DNA from: Longimicrobiales bacterium
GTDB taxonomy: Bacteria; Gemmatimonadota; Gemmatimonadetes; Longimicrobiales; RSA9
DNA: 64,000 nucleotides
Direction of reading: 5' to 3'
Assembly (NCBI GenBank): GCA_036381255.1
Contig: DASVDG010000131.1
Location: forward strand, 1,670 to 65,669
Shown here: piece by piece, positions 8,419 to 17,235 of the stretch
Numbering within the stretch: the stretch's first letter is position 1
How the letters are laid out: each line of letters starts with the position of its first letter
Made by a program: the position numbers and the translations under genes
The notes under the pieces: model-generated
What the model was told of the DNA's origin: nothing
Seen by the model: the letters and a program-made list of their open reading frames with translations, nothing else
The model's database searches: none

Positions 8419-10866
8419 ATGAGACACACGCTGGAGGTCTGGATGAAGGACTTCCTGCACGGGGCGCGCGGCCTGCTCCGCGCGCCGGGATTCACGCTCG
8501 TGACCGTGGCGACGCTCGCGCTCGCCATCGGCGCGAACACGGCGATCTTCAGCGTGGTCGACGCCGTGCTCATCGATCCGCTCCCCTTCCCCGACGCCGA
8601 CCGGCTCGTCTCGATCCGAGGATCCGCGCCCGGCTCCGACCTCCCGGCGGAGTTCGGCCTTGCGGACGAGGTCTTCGTCCAGTACCGCGACAACGCCACC
8701 ATGCTCGAAGGGCTGGGCGCGATCCGCGGCGGCCAGACCACCGTCCGCGCGGAGGAGCAGGCCGACCGGCTCTTCGTCGCGCTCGCGAGCGCTTCGCTCT
8801 TCTCCACGCTGCGCGTGACGCCGATCCTCGGGCGCCTGCCCGCGCCGGACGACGGCGAGGACGTGGCCGTGATCAGCCACTGGCTCTGGACCTCCTGGTT
8901 CGGCGGCGATCCCTCGGTCGTGGGCCGATCGATCGAGGTGAGCGGCCGACTGGTGACCGTGATCGGCGTCATGGGCCCCGAATTCACGTTCCCGAACGAT
9001 CGCCTCGCCCTCTGGATCCACGGGCAGTTCGAGGAAGAGGAGATGGCGCTGACCGATGGCGGCGCAGGCGCTCTGAACCTCGTCGGCCGGCTGGCGCCCG
9101 GCGCGACCCGCGAAGGACTGGCGGCGCAGCTCGCGATCCTCGTCCGTCGCGTACCCGAGCGGTTCGGCGGCTCGGCCGAGTACCAGCGCCTCATCGAGCG
9201 GCACCGCCCGATCGTGCGCTCGCTCGCGGACGAGCTCGTCGGCGACGTCGCGGGGCCGCTCCTGCTCCTGTTCGGCACCGTCGGCATCGTGCTCCTGATC
9301 GCGTGCGCGAACGTGGCCAATCTCTTCGTCGCCCGGTCGGAGAGCCGGCGCCAGGACCTCGCCGTGCGGCAGGCGCTCGGCGCGGGGCGCGCCAGCCTCA
9401 TTCGCTCCCAGATGGCGGAGGCGCTGCTCCTGGCGGCGCTCGGCGGCGCGATCGGCGCGCTCCTCGCCTGGGCCGCCGTGCCGCTGCTCGTCCGCGCGGC
9501 GCCGGACGGCATACCGAACCTCGCCAAGGCCGGGCTGGACCCCGGTTCGCTGCTCTTCACCGCGGGCCTCTCGATCCTGGCCGCGTGCGCGTTCGGCCTG
9601 CTGCCGGCCATCCGCTTCTCGCATCCCCGACTCGCCGGCGGGCTCCGGCAGGTCGGCGGGATCGGAACCGCGACCGGCAGCCTCGGCCGCCATGCGCTCG
9701 TCGTCGTGCAGACCGCCTCGGCGCTCGTCCTGCTGGTCGGCGCCGGACTCCTCGTCCGCAGCTTCGTCGAACTCACCCGCGTCGACCCCGGGTACGACAC
9801 GGAGGACATCTTCACGTTCCAGATCGCACCGGAACGCGCCGAGCTCAACGACGGGCCGACGTACGCACGGTTCCACCAGACGTTCCTGGACCGCCTGTCC
9901 CGGCTGTCCGGCGTGGAGTCGGTCGGGCTCTCGCTGCTGCTCCCGCTGGACGAGGGGGCGGCGGCTGAGCGATTCGCCTCCGAGCGCACCGAAGCGGCGG
10001 GCGGCGTGCCCCCGCTCCTGCGCTTCACCGCGATCGGCGGCGACTACTTCGCGACGATGGGGATCTCGCTCCTGCGCGGCCGCGCCTTCGGGCGCGACGA
10101 TCACGTCGTCGGACGGAACAACGCGATCGTCAGCGCCGCGGCCGCCGAGCTGCTCTGGCCCGGGGAGGACCCCCTCGGCAGACGCTTGCGCTTCGCCTCG
10201 GACACGATACACTGGTTCACCGTCGTCGGCGTCGTCGAGGACATCCTGCTGGAGGATTTCCGGCAGACGGCGGTCGACCCGATGGTCTACCTGCCCATGG
10301 TCGGGCCCGAGCCCCGGAGCTGGGCCGTCGGCTCGCCGGCGTACGTCGTCAAGTCCGCCCGCGCCAAGTCGCTGGCCCCGGAGATCCGCGAGCTCGTTCG
10401 CGAACTCGCCCCCGAATCGCCGATGTACCGGATCTTCACCATGGAGGGGCTCGCCGCACGATCGATGGCCCGGCTCTCGTTCACGATGATCATGCTCGCC
10501 GTCGCCGCCGGGCTCGCGCTCGTCCTCGGCGCCGTCGGGCTGTACGGCGTCCTGTCGTACATCGTCACGCAGCGCACGCGCGAGATCGCGGTCCGCATGG
10601 CGCTCGGCGCGCAGGCGCCACAGGTCCGCCGCATGATCGTCCTCCAGGGCGGCCGCGTCACGCTGGCCGGCATCGCCATCGGCCTGGTGCTCGCCCTCGC
10701 GGTCACCCGGCTGCTGGCGAGCCTCCTCTACGGCGTGGGGCCGATGGACGCGACGACGTTCGCTGCGATGTCGGCCGTGATGCTCGCCACCGCCGTGCTC
10801 GCGAGCTACGTTCCGGCACGGCGGGCGTCGGCCGTGGACCCCATGACGTCGCTGCGGGCGCAGTAG
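8419..10866 (+). CDS. ADOP-family duplicated orphan permease (MacB/FtsX-type ABC permease with two MacB-periplasmic + FtsX modules)
   Basis: The N-terminus (FLHGARGLLRAPGFTLVTVATLALAIGANTAIFSVVDAVLIDPLPFPDADRLV) is typical of the family. The second module ends ...RRASAVDPMTSLRAQ. GGAGG Shine-Dalgarno before the ATG. Confidence 0.85.
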   Translation: MRHTLEVWMKDFLHGARGLLRAPGFTLVTVATLALAIGANTAIFSVVDAVLIDPLPFPDADRLVSIRGSAPGSDLPAEFGLADEVFVQYRDNATMLEGLGAIRGGQTTVRAEEQADRLFVALASASLFSTLRVTPILGRLPAPDDGEDVAVISHWLWTSWFGGDPSVVGRSIEVSGRLVTVIGVMGPEFTFPNDRLALWIHGQFEEEEMALTDGGAGALNLVGRLAPGATREGLAAQLAILVRRVPERFGGSAEYQRLIERHRPIVRSLADELVGDVAGPLLLLFGTVGIVLLIACANVANLFVARSESRRQDLAVRQALGAGRASLIRSQMAEALLLAALGGAIGALLAWAAVPLLVRAAPDGIPNLAKAGLDPGSLLFTAGLSILAACAFGLLPAIRFSHPRLAGGLRQVGGIGTATGSLGRHALVVVQTASALVLLVGAGLLVRSFVELTRVDPGYDTEDIFTFQIAPERAELNDGPTYARFHQTFLDRLSRLSGVESVGLSLLLPLDEGAAAERFASERTEAAGGVPPLLRFTAIGGDYFATMGISLLRGRAFGRDDHVVGRNNAIVSAAAAELLWPGEDPLGRRLRFASDTIHWFTVVGVVEDILLEDFRQTAVDPMVYLPMVGPEPRSWAVGSPAYVVKSARAKSLAPEIRELVRELAPESPMYRIFTMEGLAARSMARLSFTMIMLAVAAGLALVLGAVGLYGVLSYIVTQRTREIAVRMALGAQAPQVRRMIVLQGGRVTLAGIAIGLVLALAVTRLLASLLYGVGPMDATTFAAMSAVMLATAVLASYVPARRASAVDPMTSLRAQ

Positions 10867-10986
10867 CTCGACTCATGCCGTCTCGCCTACGAACCGGCCG
10901 GTTCGGAGGAGGGCGGCTCATGAACCCCGCGGCGATCGCGCCGGGGCAGCCGCCTGCCACACGCTCAACCTGACCCGGAGAACCGA

Positions 10987-11355
10987 ATGCGCACTCACGT
11001 CACCGTACTCGGATGGCTCCAGATCCTGCTGGGCGCATTCGACGCGCTCATCGCCCTGGCCACCTTCGGCGCGATCGCCGGCGCCGGCCTCCTCGCCGGA
11101 CTCTCCGGCGAGCCCGGCATGCCCATCATCGGCGGCGTGCTCGGCACGATCGTCGGCTTCCTGGTCCTGCTGACCGCCATCCCGAATCTGCTGGCCGGGT
11201 TCGGACTGCTCGCCCACAAGCCCTGGGCGCGCATCCTGGCGCTGATCCTGGCCGTGCTCAACGCGTTCAAGTTCCCGTGGGGCACCGCGCTGGCCGTCTA
11301 CACGTTCTGGGTGCTGCTGCACGCCGAGACGAAGCGGATGTTCCGCGGCGGGTGA
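10987..11355 (+). CDS. Small integral membrane protein of unknown function (4 predicted TM helices)
   Basis: 122-aa hydrophobic ORF with coding-like composition. I recognised no family. Confidence 0.55.
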   Translation: MRTHVTVLGWLQILLGAFDALIALATFGAIAGAGLLAGLSGEPGMPIIGGVLGTIVGFLVLLTAIPNLLAGFGLLAHKPWARILALILAVLNAFKFPWGTALAVYTFWVLLHAETKRMFRGG

Positions 11356-11464
11356 TCGCCCGCTTCGCGGGGGTCGGCTTCACGCAGTGGCGCCGGGTCG
11401 GGTACGAGGCGCCCGGGTCCGGCGTTGCGGACTAACCAGCCCGGCTCGAACACCCACGAGCAAA

Positions 11465-11498
11465 GGCGCCCCGCCAGCCTCCTCGCTGGCGGGGCGCC
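11465..11498. terminator. Bidirectional hairpin terminator between convergent genes
   Basis: Perfect 14-bp stem GGCGCCCCGCCAGC / GCTGGCGGGGCGCC with loop CTCCTC. On the minus strand (cspA side) it is followed by TTTG. Confidence 0.6.
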
Positions 11499-11527
11499 CC
11501 GGCCCGGCATTCAATGGCCCGAGGTCC

Positions 11528-11728
11528 TCAGACGCGGCTCACGTTGGCCGCCTGGAGGCCCTTCTCGGTCTGCCGAATCTCGAACTCCACCTCCTCGCCT
11601 TCGGCCAGCGTCTTGAACCCCTCCATCGTGATCGCGGAGAAGTGCACGAACACATCCTCGCCGTCGGCCTGTTCAATGAAGCCGTAACCCTTGGCATCAT
11701 TGAACCACTTGACCTTACCTCTGGCCAT
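11528..11728 (-). CDS. cspA: Cold-shock protein (CspA family)
   Basis: 66 aa reading [33 protein letters not shown], with the RNP1/RNP2 motifs. Confidence 0.95.
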   Translation of the reverse strand: MARGKVKWFNDAKGYGFIEQADGEDVFVHFSAITMEGFKTLAEGEEVEFEIRQTEKGLQAANVSRV

Positions 11729-11783
11729 TGAAGCAGTCCTCCTACAATGAGGTTGATGCAGGTCCTACTGCCCAGCGTGGACC

Positions 11784-11813
11784 AAGCTAAAGAGCCCGTA
11801 TTGTCGATGTCAA
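11784..11813 (-). promoter_or_regulatory. cspA promoter with upstream A/T-rich UP-like element
   Basis: On the minus strand: TTGACA (11813-11808), 18-nt spacer, TAGCTT (11789-11784). AAAACAAAATTTT lies just upstream (11830-11814). The predicted 5' UTR is about 50 nt. Confidence 0.55.
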
Positions 11814-11835
11814 GCAAAATTTTGTTTTCGGAACG

Positions 11836-12459
11836 TCAAGGAAGTGGCGCCATTGCGGCCCATGCGACGATGCCCGCGGCGGGCGCGAGCCAGAGGTTGT
11901 CGTCGAACGGGACGGGGAGCAGTTCGAGCACGGTCGTGGTCGCGGCGGTGACGACGGCGGGGGCGAGGTCCATGCCGGGCATGACCCAGGCGGCCGGGAG
12001 CGAGGCGAAGAAGCAGGCCAGGCCGCCTTCGAGGCTTTTGCCGGAGGCGAACCTGTTGCGGCCGAGGGCGCGCCCGGCGAGGGCCGCGGCGGCGTCGCCG
12101 ATGCCGCCGACGACGATGCCGATGGCGGCGTAGGCCGGCGGCAGGAGGAGTACGGCGATGGCGAACCCTGCCGCAAGGGTGGTCGCGCCGGTGGTGCCGC
12201 GGTGCTCGCGTTCACGGAGCATTCCGCCGAAGGCGCGTTCGAAGAGGCGGCCGAACGTGGCGCTGCGTCGTCGGGCCTCCTCGATGGCGACGGCGACGAG
12301 GAACGTGCCGAGGAACAGCCAGGGCGTCGCGACGGGAGGCGCTTCGAGCGCGACGGCGCCCGCGGCGATCGACGCGAGGACGTGGATCGCCTTGCGGGAG
12401 AGCTCGGGCCCGCCCGGCCGGGGGCGGGCGCCGCCCCGGGAGTTCGACCGGCGGATCAA
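11836..12459 (-). CDS. Polyprenol/dolichol-kinase-like membrane protein (phosphatidate cytidylyltransferase superfamily)
   Basis: 207 aa, polytopic, with the motifs SRKAIHVLASIAAG and FASGKSLEGGLACF. The TTG start abuts the stop of the upstream gene (TAATTG). Confidence 0.5.
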   Translation of the reverse strand: MIRRSNSRGGARPRPGGPELSRKAIHVLASIAAGAVALEAPPVATPWLFLGTFLVAVAIEEARRRSATFGRLFERAFGGMLREREHRGTTGATTLAAGFAIAVLLLPPAYAAIGIVVGGIGDAAAALAGRALGRNRFASGKSLEGGLACFFASLPAAWVMPGMDLAPAVVTAATTTVLELLPVPFDDNLWLAPAAGIVAWAAMAPLP

Positions 12460-14886
12460 TTACCGGCCTTGCGTGGGGGCGGCGCCGGCGGCGCCGGTGT
12501 CGGGGGCGTTCCCGGCCGCAGCGCCGGCCGGTTCGGCGACCGCCTCGTCGTACAGCGCCGCGTAGACCCGGGCGTTCTGCTGAACGACCTTGACGTAGTG
12601 TCGGGTCTCGGCGTAGGGGATGCGCTCGGCGAAGAGTTCCTCGTCGCGGTATTCCGGGAAGTTGGACCAGCGGCTGACGCGGTGCGGCCCGGCGTTGTAC
12701 GCGGCGAGAACGGAGGTCAGTCGGTCGCCGAAGCGGGACATGAGCTGGGCGATGTAGCGGGTCCCGAGATGGACGTTGATCTCGGGCTTCTCGAGCAGGC
12801 CCGTCTGGAACGACTCGATCCCGGCGGTGCGGGCGAGTGCGGAGCCGGTCTGGGGCATGATCTGCATCAGGCCGATCGCGCCGGCCGGGCTCTTGATCGC
12901 GGCGGTGAACAGCGACTCCTGCCGGATGAGTCCGGCGACGAGGAACGGGTCGAGGCCGCGCTCGCGTGCTTCGGCGACGATCAGCTCCCGGTAGGGGAAC
13001 GGGTAGATGATCCGGAGCAGCCGCGGGTTCCAGGCGCCTTCGCGCTCGTGGATCTCCCAGCCGAGGCCGATCCCGGTGAAGGTGAAGCCGCGGTCGTTGA
13101 ACGCCTCGGCGAGGGCGTAGAGTGCGCCGTCGCGCTTGAGGAAGTGGCGCTTGAGCCGTTCGAGCTCGAACTCGGCGGCGGCATCCTGGCCGAGCTCGCG
13201 GAGCAGGTCGAGGCGGACGAGCGCGCCGGCGACTTCCTCGCGGATGGCGGGATCCTCGGGCGGCGCCGCCTCCATGGCGAAGTCCCAGAAGTCCTGGTCC
13301 AGCTCCTCGGCGGCACGGAGTCCGTACCAGCTAATGGGGTCGGCCCGGCGGACCTCGCGAAGCCGCTCGCGGACCAGGCCGTGCTGACCGAGCTGTTCGT
13401 AGCACTTCGCCGCCCAGTACGTCGCCTGCTGGTACCGGCGCCCGTCGGGGTGGAGGCGGCGGTACTCCTCGAAAATCGACGCGGCGCCCTCGTAGTCCTC
13501 CTCGACGAACGCGAGCCCGCCCAGCCGCATGAGTGCGAGGCCGGCCTCGTTGATGCTCGGCGCGATGGCCGCGGTGCGGCGGTAGTACTCGCGCGCGGTG
13601 TCGAGGCGGCCGGCGTCGTGGTCGAGGTCGGCGACGAGGAAGAGCGCTTCCGCGGCCGCGCGCTCGTTCGGGAACCGCTCGGCGGTACGCAGGAAGGTGG
13701 CCCGCCCGTCGTCGGCCCGTCCCTGGCGGTACTGGGCGCGGCCGGCGAGGAAGAGCGCCTCGGCGCCGATGCGGTCGTTGGGTGCGGCATCGGCGAGGGC
13801 GAGGAGCAGCCGCTCGGCCTGGCCGTACCGGCCCTGGCGGTAGTAGCTGCGCGCAATTTCCAGCCGGACCTGGCCGCGTTCCAGCCCGGTGCCGCGCCCG
13901 GCCGCGAGGTACGCGTTGAGCCCGGCGCGGGCACGGTCCAGGTTGCCGTGCCGCAGGTACAACCGTCCGATGCGGAGCTCCTCTTCGGGCGAGAGGCCCG
14001 GCAGCTCACTGAGCTTGCGTGCGGCGTCGACGGCGGCGATCGCGGAAGGCGCCGCCTCCATCGCCCGCCGGAAGGCGCCCTTCGCCGCTGTCGTGTCGCC
14101 CTGGAGCAGTCTCAGGTCGCCACTCGCCACCCACGCCGCCGCGCGGCGGCCGGCGTCCTCGAGCGCGTTCGCCGCGGCCGTCGCGGCCTGCTCGGCCCCG
14201 GCCAGGTCGCCGGCGTTGACGTGGGCATCGACGCTGATCCGCCACCCCCACTCCCGTGCGAGGTACGGGTCGACCGCGTCCAGCCGCGCGCGCACTGTCG
14301 CCGTGTCGCCCGCCTCGGCGGCCGCGCGTGCGGCGAAGACGGCGGCCCAATCGCCGAGCTCGGGCACGCCTTCGGCGGCGCGGTCGAAGGCGCGGACCGC
14401 CTCGCCCGCGTTGCCGGCGCCGGCGAGCGCGAGTCCGCGGCGCCACTCGGCGAGGCCGCGCTCGCGGCCGCCGGCCGCGGCCACGGCCAGGTAGTGGCCG
14501 AGTGCATCCTCGCTCTCGACGAACCGCCCCAGCTCGAGCCGGCTCTGGCCGAGCAGGCTCCAGCCGAGCCCGTTCGCCACGCTGTCCAGCCAGTCCCGAC
14601 CGGCCAGCAGCCGCTCGACCCGGGCCCAGGCGCCCCACCCCGCCTCCGCCTGCGCGGCGAGCAGGATCGTCTCCGGCTCCGGATCCGGGACCGTGGCGAG
14701 GTACTCGCGCAGGATCCGGCTCGCGCGCCAGTAGCGCCCCTGCCGCATCGCCTCGAGCGCCTCGGGGGGCACCTCGGGCGTTTCCGGCCCCGGCGCCGCC
14801 GCCGTCGTGCCGACCGAATCGAGGAGCGCGGGGCCGAGTGCCGCCGCGAGGAAGAGAACTGCGATGACGAGGTACCGTGAAAACAT
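12460..14886 (-). CDS. Slt70-like soluble lytic murein transglycosylase with long TPR/superhelical N-terminal domain
   Basis: C-terminal SLT domain (LIRQESLFTAAIKSPAGAIGLMQIMPQTG ... AAYNAGPHRV). The start is taken at MFSRYLVIAVLFL (signal anchor). The ORF track start at 14946 is possible. Confidence 0.85.
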   Translation of the reverse strand: MFSRYLVIAVLFLAAALGPALLDSVGTTAAAPGPETPEVPPEALEAMRQGRYWRASRILREYLATVPDPEPETILLAAQAEAGWGAWARVERLLAGRDWLDSVANGLGWSLLGQSRLELGRFVESEDALGHYLAVAAAGGRERGLAEWRRGLALAGAGNAGEAVRAFDRAAEGVPELGDWAAVFAARAAAEAGDTATVRARLDAVDPYLAREWGWRISVDAHVNAGDLAGAEQAATAAANALEDAGRRAAAWVASGDLRLLQGDTTAAKGAFRRAMEAAPSAIAAVDAARKLSELPGLSPEEELRIGRLYLRHGNLDRARAGLNAYLAAGRGTGLERGQVRLEIARSYYRQGRYGQAERLLLALADAAPNDRIGAEALFLAGRAQYRQGRADDGRATFLRTAERFPNERAAAEALFLVADLDHDAGRLDTAREYYRRTAAIAPSINEAGLALMRLGGLAFVEEDYEGAASIFEEYRRLHPDGRRYQQATYWAAKCYEQLGQHGLVRERLREVRRADPISWYGLRAAEELDQDFWDFAMEAAPPEDPAIREEVAGALVRLDLLRELGQDAAAEFELERLKRHFLKRDGALYALAEAFNDRGFTFTGIGLGWEIHEREGAWNPRLLRIIYPFPYRELIVAEARERGLDPFLVAGLIRQESLFTAAIKSPAGAIGLMQIMPQTGSALARTAGIESFQTGLLEKPEINVHLGTRYIAQLMSRFGDRLTSVLAAYNAGPHRVSRWSNFPEYRDEELFAERIPYAETRHYVKVVQQNARVYAALYDEAVAEPAGAAAGNAPDTGAAGAAPTQGR

Positions 14887-15017
14887 GTGCCGCACCCCGG
14901 CGAACCCTGGACCTGCCGTGTGGGGCGGCCCGTCGGGCCGCCCCACCGACGCTTCATTGCAACCTGTACGCCGCGGGTGCGTCCGCGGCCATCAATGCGC
15001 CGAACCGACGGCGCCCG

Positions 15018-16415
15018 TCAGCGCCGCCGCCGGATCCTGCTCGCCGCCGCGCGGAACGAGCTCTGCGATACCGGCGTCAGCTCGTACCGCTCGAAGCCGT
15101 TACGGTCCACGAAAACCAGCACCAGGCGCCCCGTCGGGCTCCGCTCGTACGTCCACTCGTACCCTCTCGGACGGGCCGTGACCTGGCCGCGGTAGCGGAG
15201 CTCCCGCACGAAGTCGGGCTGGCCCAGCACGATGAAGACCTCCCCGCGATCCGTCTTCCACCCGGCAAGGCCCGGCTCGTCGAAGTACAGCGACGCCAGA
15301 CGGATCCGTTCGAAGAACTGTTCGCGGAACTCGTTCGCGGGCGTGGCGGCGAGCGGGTCGCGACGCGCCCAGAACCGCTCCCACAGCGCCGCCCGCTCGT
15401 CGCCGGTCGCTTCGCGCAACGAATCCAGCTCCTCGGAGGTCCCGATGTACGACAGGAACTCGAAGACCTCCTCGAAGTTGGCGACCATCCACTGGTCCGA
15501 GATCGTGACCACCAGCGGCACCCGGTCCGCCGTCCCGGCCGAATCCACCGTCGCCTCGATCCAGAACCGGCCCAGTGGCAGCGAGCCCGTCGGGATGTCC
15601 ACCAGCGCGTACCGCACGCCGCTGCCACTCTCCGCCAGCGGCGCCTCGGTCCGCCAGACGACCTCCTCCTCGTCGTTCACCATCCGGACCTGCACCGGGT
15701 GCCCCGCGGGGTAGCCGTACGCCTCGAGGTACATCCGCGGCGCTTCGCCGCCGAACGGCACCGTGTGCCGCGGGTTCACGATCACTTCGGGCGCCACGTC
15801 CAGCGCCGCCCGCGCCTCCGCACGGTAGACGAAGATCGGCCGCGTCATCCGGCGCTCTCCCGCCCGATACGCCGGCACGTTCAACGTGTCCAGCGAGCGG
15901 AACCCGCGCGAACCCGTGCCGTCCCGCGCCTCCACCTCCACGGTGTAGCGCCCCGGCGTCAACGCGACCACCGTCTGATAGACGACGCTCTCGTCGGTCC
16001 GGCTCGTCTCGGCGAAGCTGGCGACCCGGACGACGCCGCGATCGTCCACTTTTCGCACCACCTGACTGTCCTGCTGGAAGGACAGTGAGACGGTGTAGCG
16101 CGCCGTGAACGCGCCGTCGTCGCGCTCGAATCGAAGCGCGCTGTTCGGCAGCGAAAGGCCGAAGACAACGTAGGTCGAATCGGCCGGGCCGGCCAGACTG
16201 GAAAAGCTGGCGACCGCCGGGAACCGCTCGGAGCCGGTCATCAGCCCGAGCTGCCGATAGACCTGCAACGGTCGCAAGATCACGTCCTGCGGCGACGGCG
16301 CTTCGGGCGCCGACGCCCCGCCGCACGCGGCCGCGAACGCGGCGGCGAGTGCGAGCGTCCAGAAACGCAAAGGGCCACCTCGCCGGTGGCCCCCGCGTGG
16401 CAAGGATTTCGCCAT
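15018..16415 (-). CDS. GWxTD-domain lipoprotein
   Basis: The GWKTDRGEVFIVLGQPD motif lies near the C-terminus. Lipoprotein signal (LALAAAFAAACGG). The start is taken at MAKSLPRGG (16415). Confidence 0.75.
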   Translation of the reverse strand: MAKSLPRGGHRRGGPLRFWTLALAAAFAAACGGASAPEAPSPQDVILRPLQVYRQLGLMTGSERFPAVASFSSLAGPADSTYVVFGLSLPNSALRFERDDGAFTARYTVSLSFQQDSQVVRKVDDRGVVRVASFAETSRTDESVVYQTVVALTPGRYTVEVEARDGTGSRGFRSLDTLNVPAYRAGERRMTRPIFVYRAEARAALDVAPEVIVNPRHTVPFGGEAPRMYLEAYGYPAGHPVQVRMVNDEEEVVWRTEAPLAESGSGVRYALVDIPTGSLPLGRFWIEATVDSAGTADRVPLVVTISDQWMVANFEEVFEFLSYIGTSEELDSLREATGDERAALWERFWARRDPLAATPANEFREQFFERIRLASLYFDEPGLAGWKTDRGEVFIVLGQPDFVRELRYRGQVTARPRGYEWTYERSPTGRLVLVFVDRNGFERYELTPVSQSSFRAAASRIRRRR

Positions 16416-16422
16416 ATGCCCC

Positions 16423-17127
16423 TTACACGGTGGAGGACCCCACTTCCAGGCCGTGCAGCGCATCGATCATTTTCTGTGCCGACTCCTCCATGTCGATCAC
16501 CATGCCGTCGATCTTGGTCACGAAGTAGTTGTGCGCGATGTTGACCGGGATCGCGATGATCAGACCGGCGGCGGTCGTGATGAGGGCCACCTTGATGCCG
16601 CCGGCGACGAGCTGGGCATCGACCTCGCCCGCGGACTCGATCGCGGCGAACGCCTCGATCATGCCGACGACCGTGCCGAGGAAGCCGAGCAGCGGGGCGA
16701 CGTTGGAGACGGTGGCGAGCCAGATCAGGCCGCGTTCGAGGGCGGCCATCTCGAAGAGGCCGACGTTCTCGATCGCCTGGCGGACCCGCTCGGTGCCTTC
16801 GTCCTTGCGCTCGAGGCCGGCCACGAGGATGCGGGCGGCGGGCGCGTTGGCCTCGCGGGCGAGCGCGAGCGCATCGTCGACGCGACGCTCGGCGAGCATC
16901 GAGTCCACCTCACGGAGGAACTTGCTCGTGCGCGCGCCCTTGAGGCTCAGCTCGACGAGCTTCCAGACGATGACGATGAGCCCTAGCAGCGCGGACGCGC
17001 CCAGGAACCACATCATCCAGCCACCGTCGTTCCACGTCTGGACCAGCCACTCGGTGGGCGAGAGCTTGGGCGCCTCAATGCCCGGGATCTGCAGCATGGC
17101 CAGTGCTAGGGTGCCGAAACTGCTCAA
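16423..17127 (-). CDS. MotA/TolQ/ExbB-family proton-channel protein
   Basis: 234 aa with the conserved C-terminal channel region (LIWLATVSNVAPLLGFLGTVVGMIEAF ... GGIKVALITTAAGLIIAIPV). TTG start with GGAGG 5 nt upstream. Confidence 0.85.
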   Translation of the reverse strand: MSSFGTLALAMLQIPGIEAPKLSPTEWLVQTWNDGGWMMWFLGASALLGLIVIVWKLVELSLKGARTSKFLREVDSMLAERRVDDALALAREANAPAARILVAGLERKDEGTERVRQAIENVGLFEMAALERGLIWLATVSNVAPLLGFLGTVVGMIEAFAAIESAGEVDAQLVAGGIKVALITTAAGLIIAIPVNIAHNYFVTKIDGMVIDMEESAQKMIDALHGLEVGSSTV

Positions 17128-17206
17128 TGTTGCCTCCGTCGGTATGGATGCGCTGCGCAGCGCTGGGACTTGGGTGGTATCTTATTACTTGACGAGGATT
17201 CGCAAC

Positions 17207-17235
17207 ATTCTAGACCGTTGCGACCGGCGTGTCAA
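17207..17235 (-). promoter_or_regulatory. Near-consensus sigma70 promoter for the ExbB-GWxTD operon
   Basis: On the minus strand: TTGACA (17235-17230), 17-nt spacer, TAGAAT (17212-17207). The -35 element overlaps the stop codon of the upstream ABC ATPase gene. Confidence 0.6.

Noticed and set aside
8179-10212. An apparent 678-aa N-terminal extension of polA (the ORF track gives 1607 aa).
   Set aside because: A good Met (MVEKPTKTRPRLF) aligns with the canonical Pol I 5'-nuclease N-terminus and has a promoter-like element just upstream. The extension is Arg/Glu-rich, motif-free, and overlaps the well-supported ADOP permease on the other strand.
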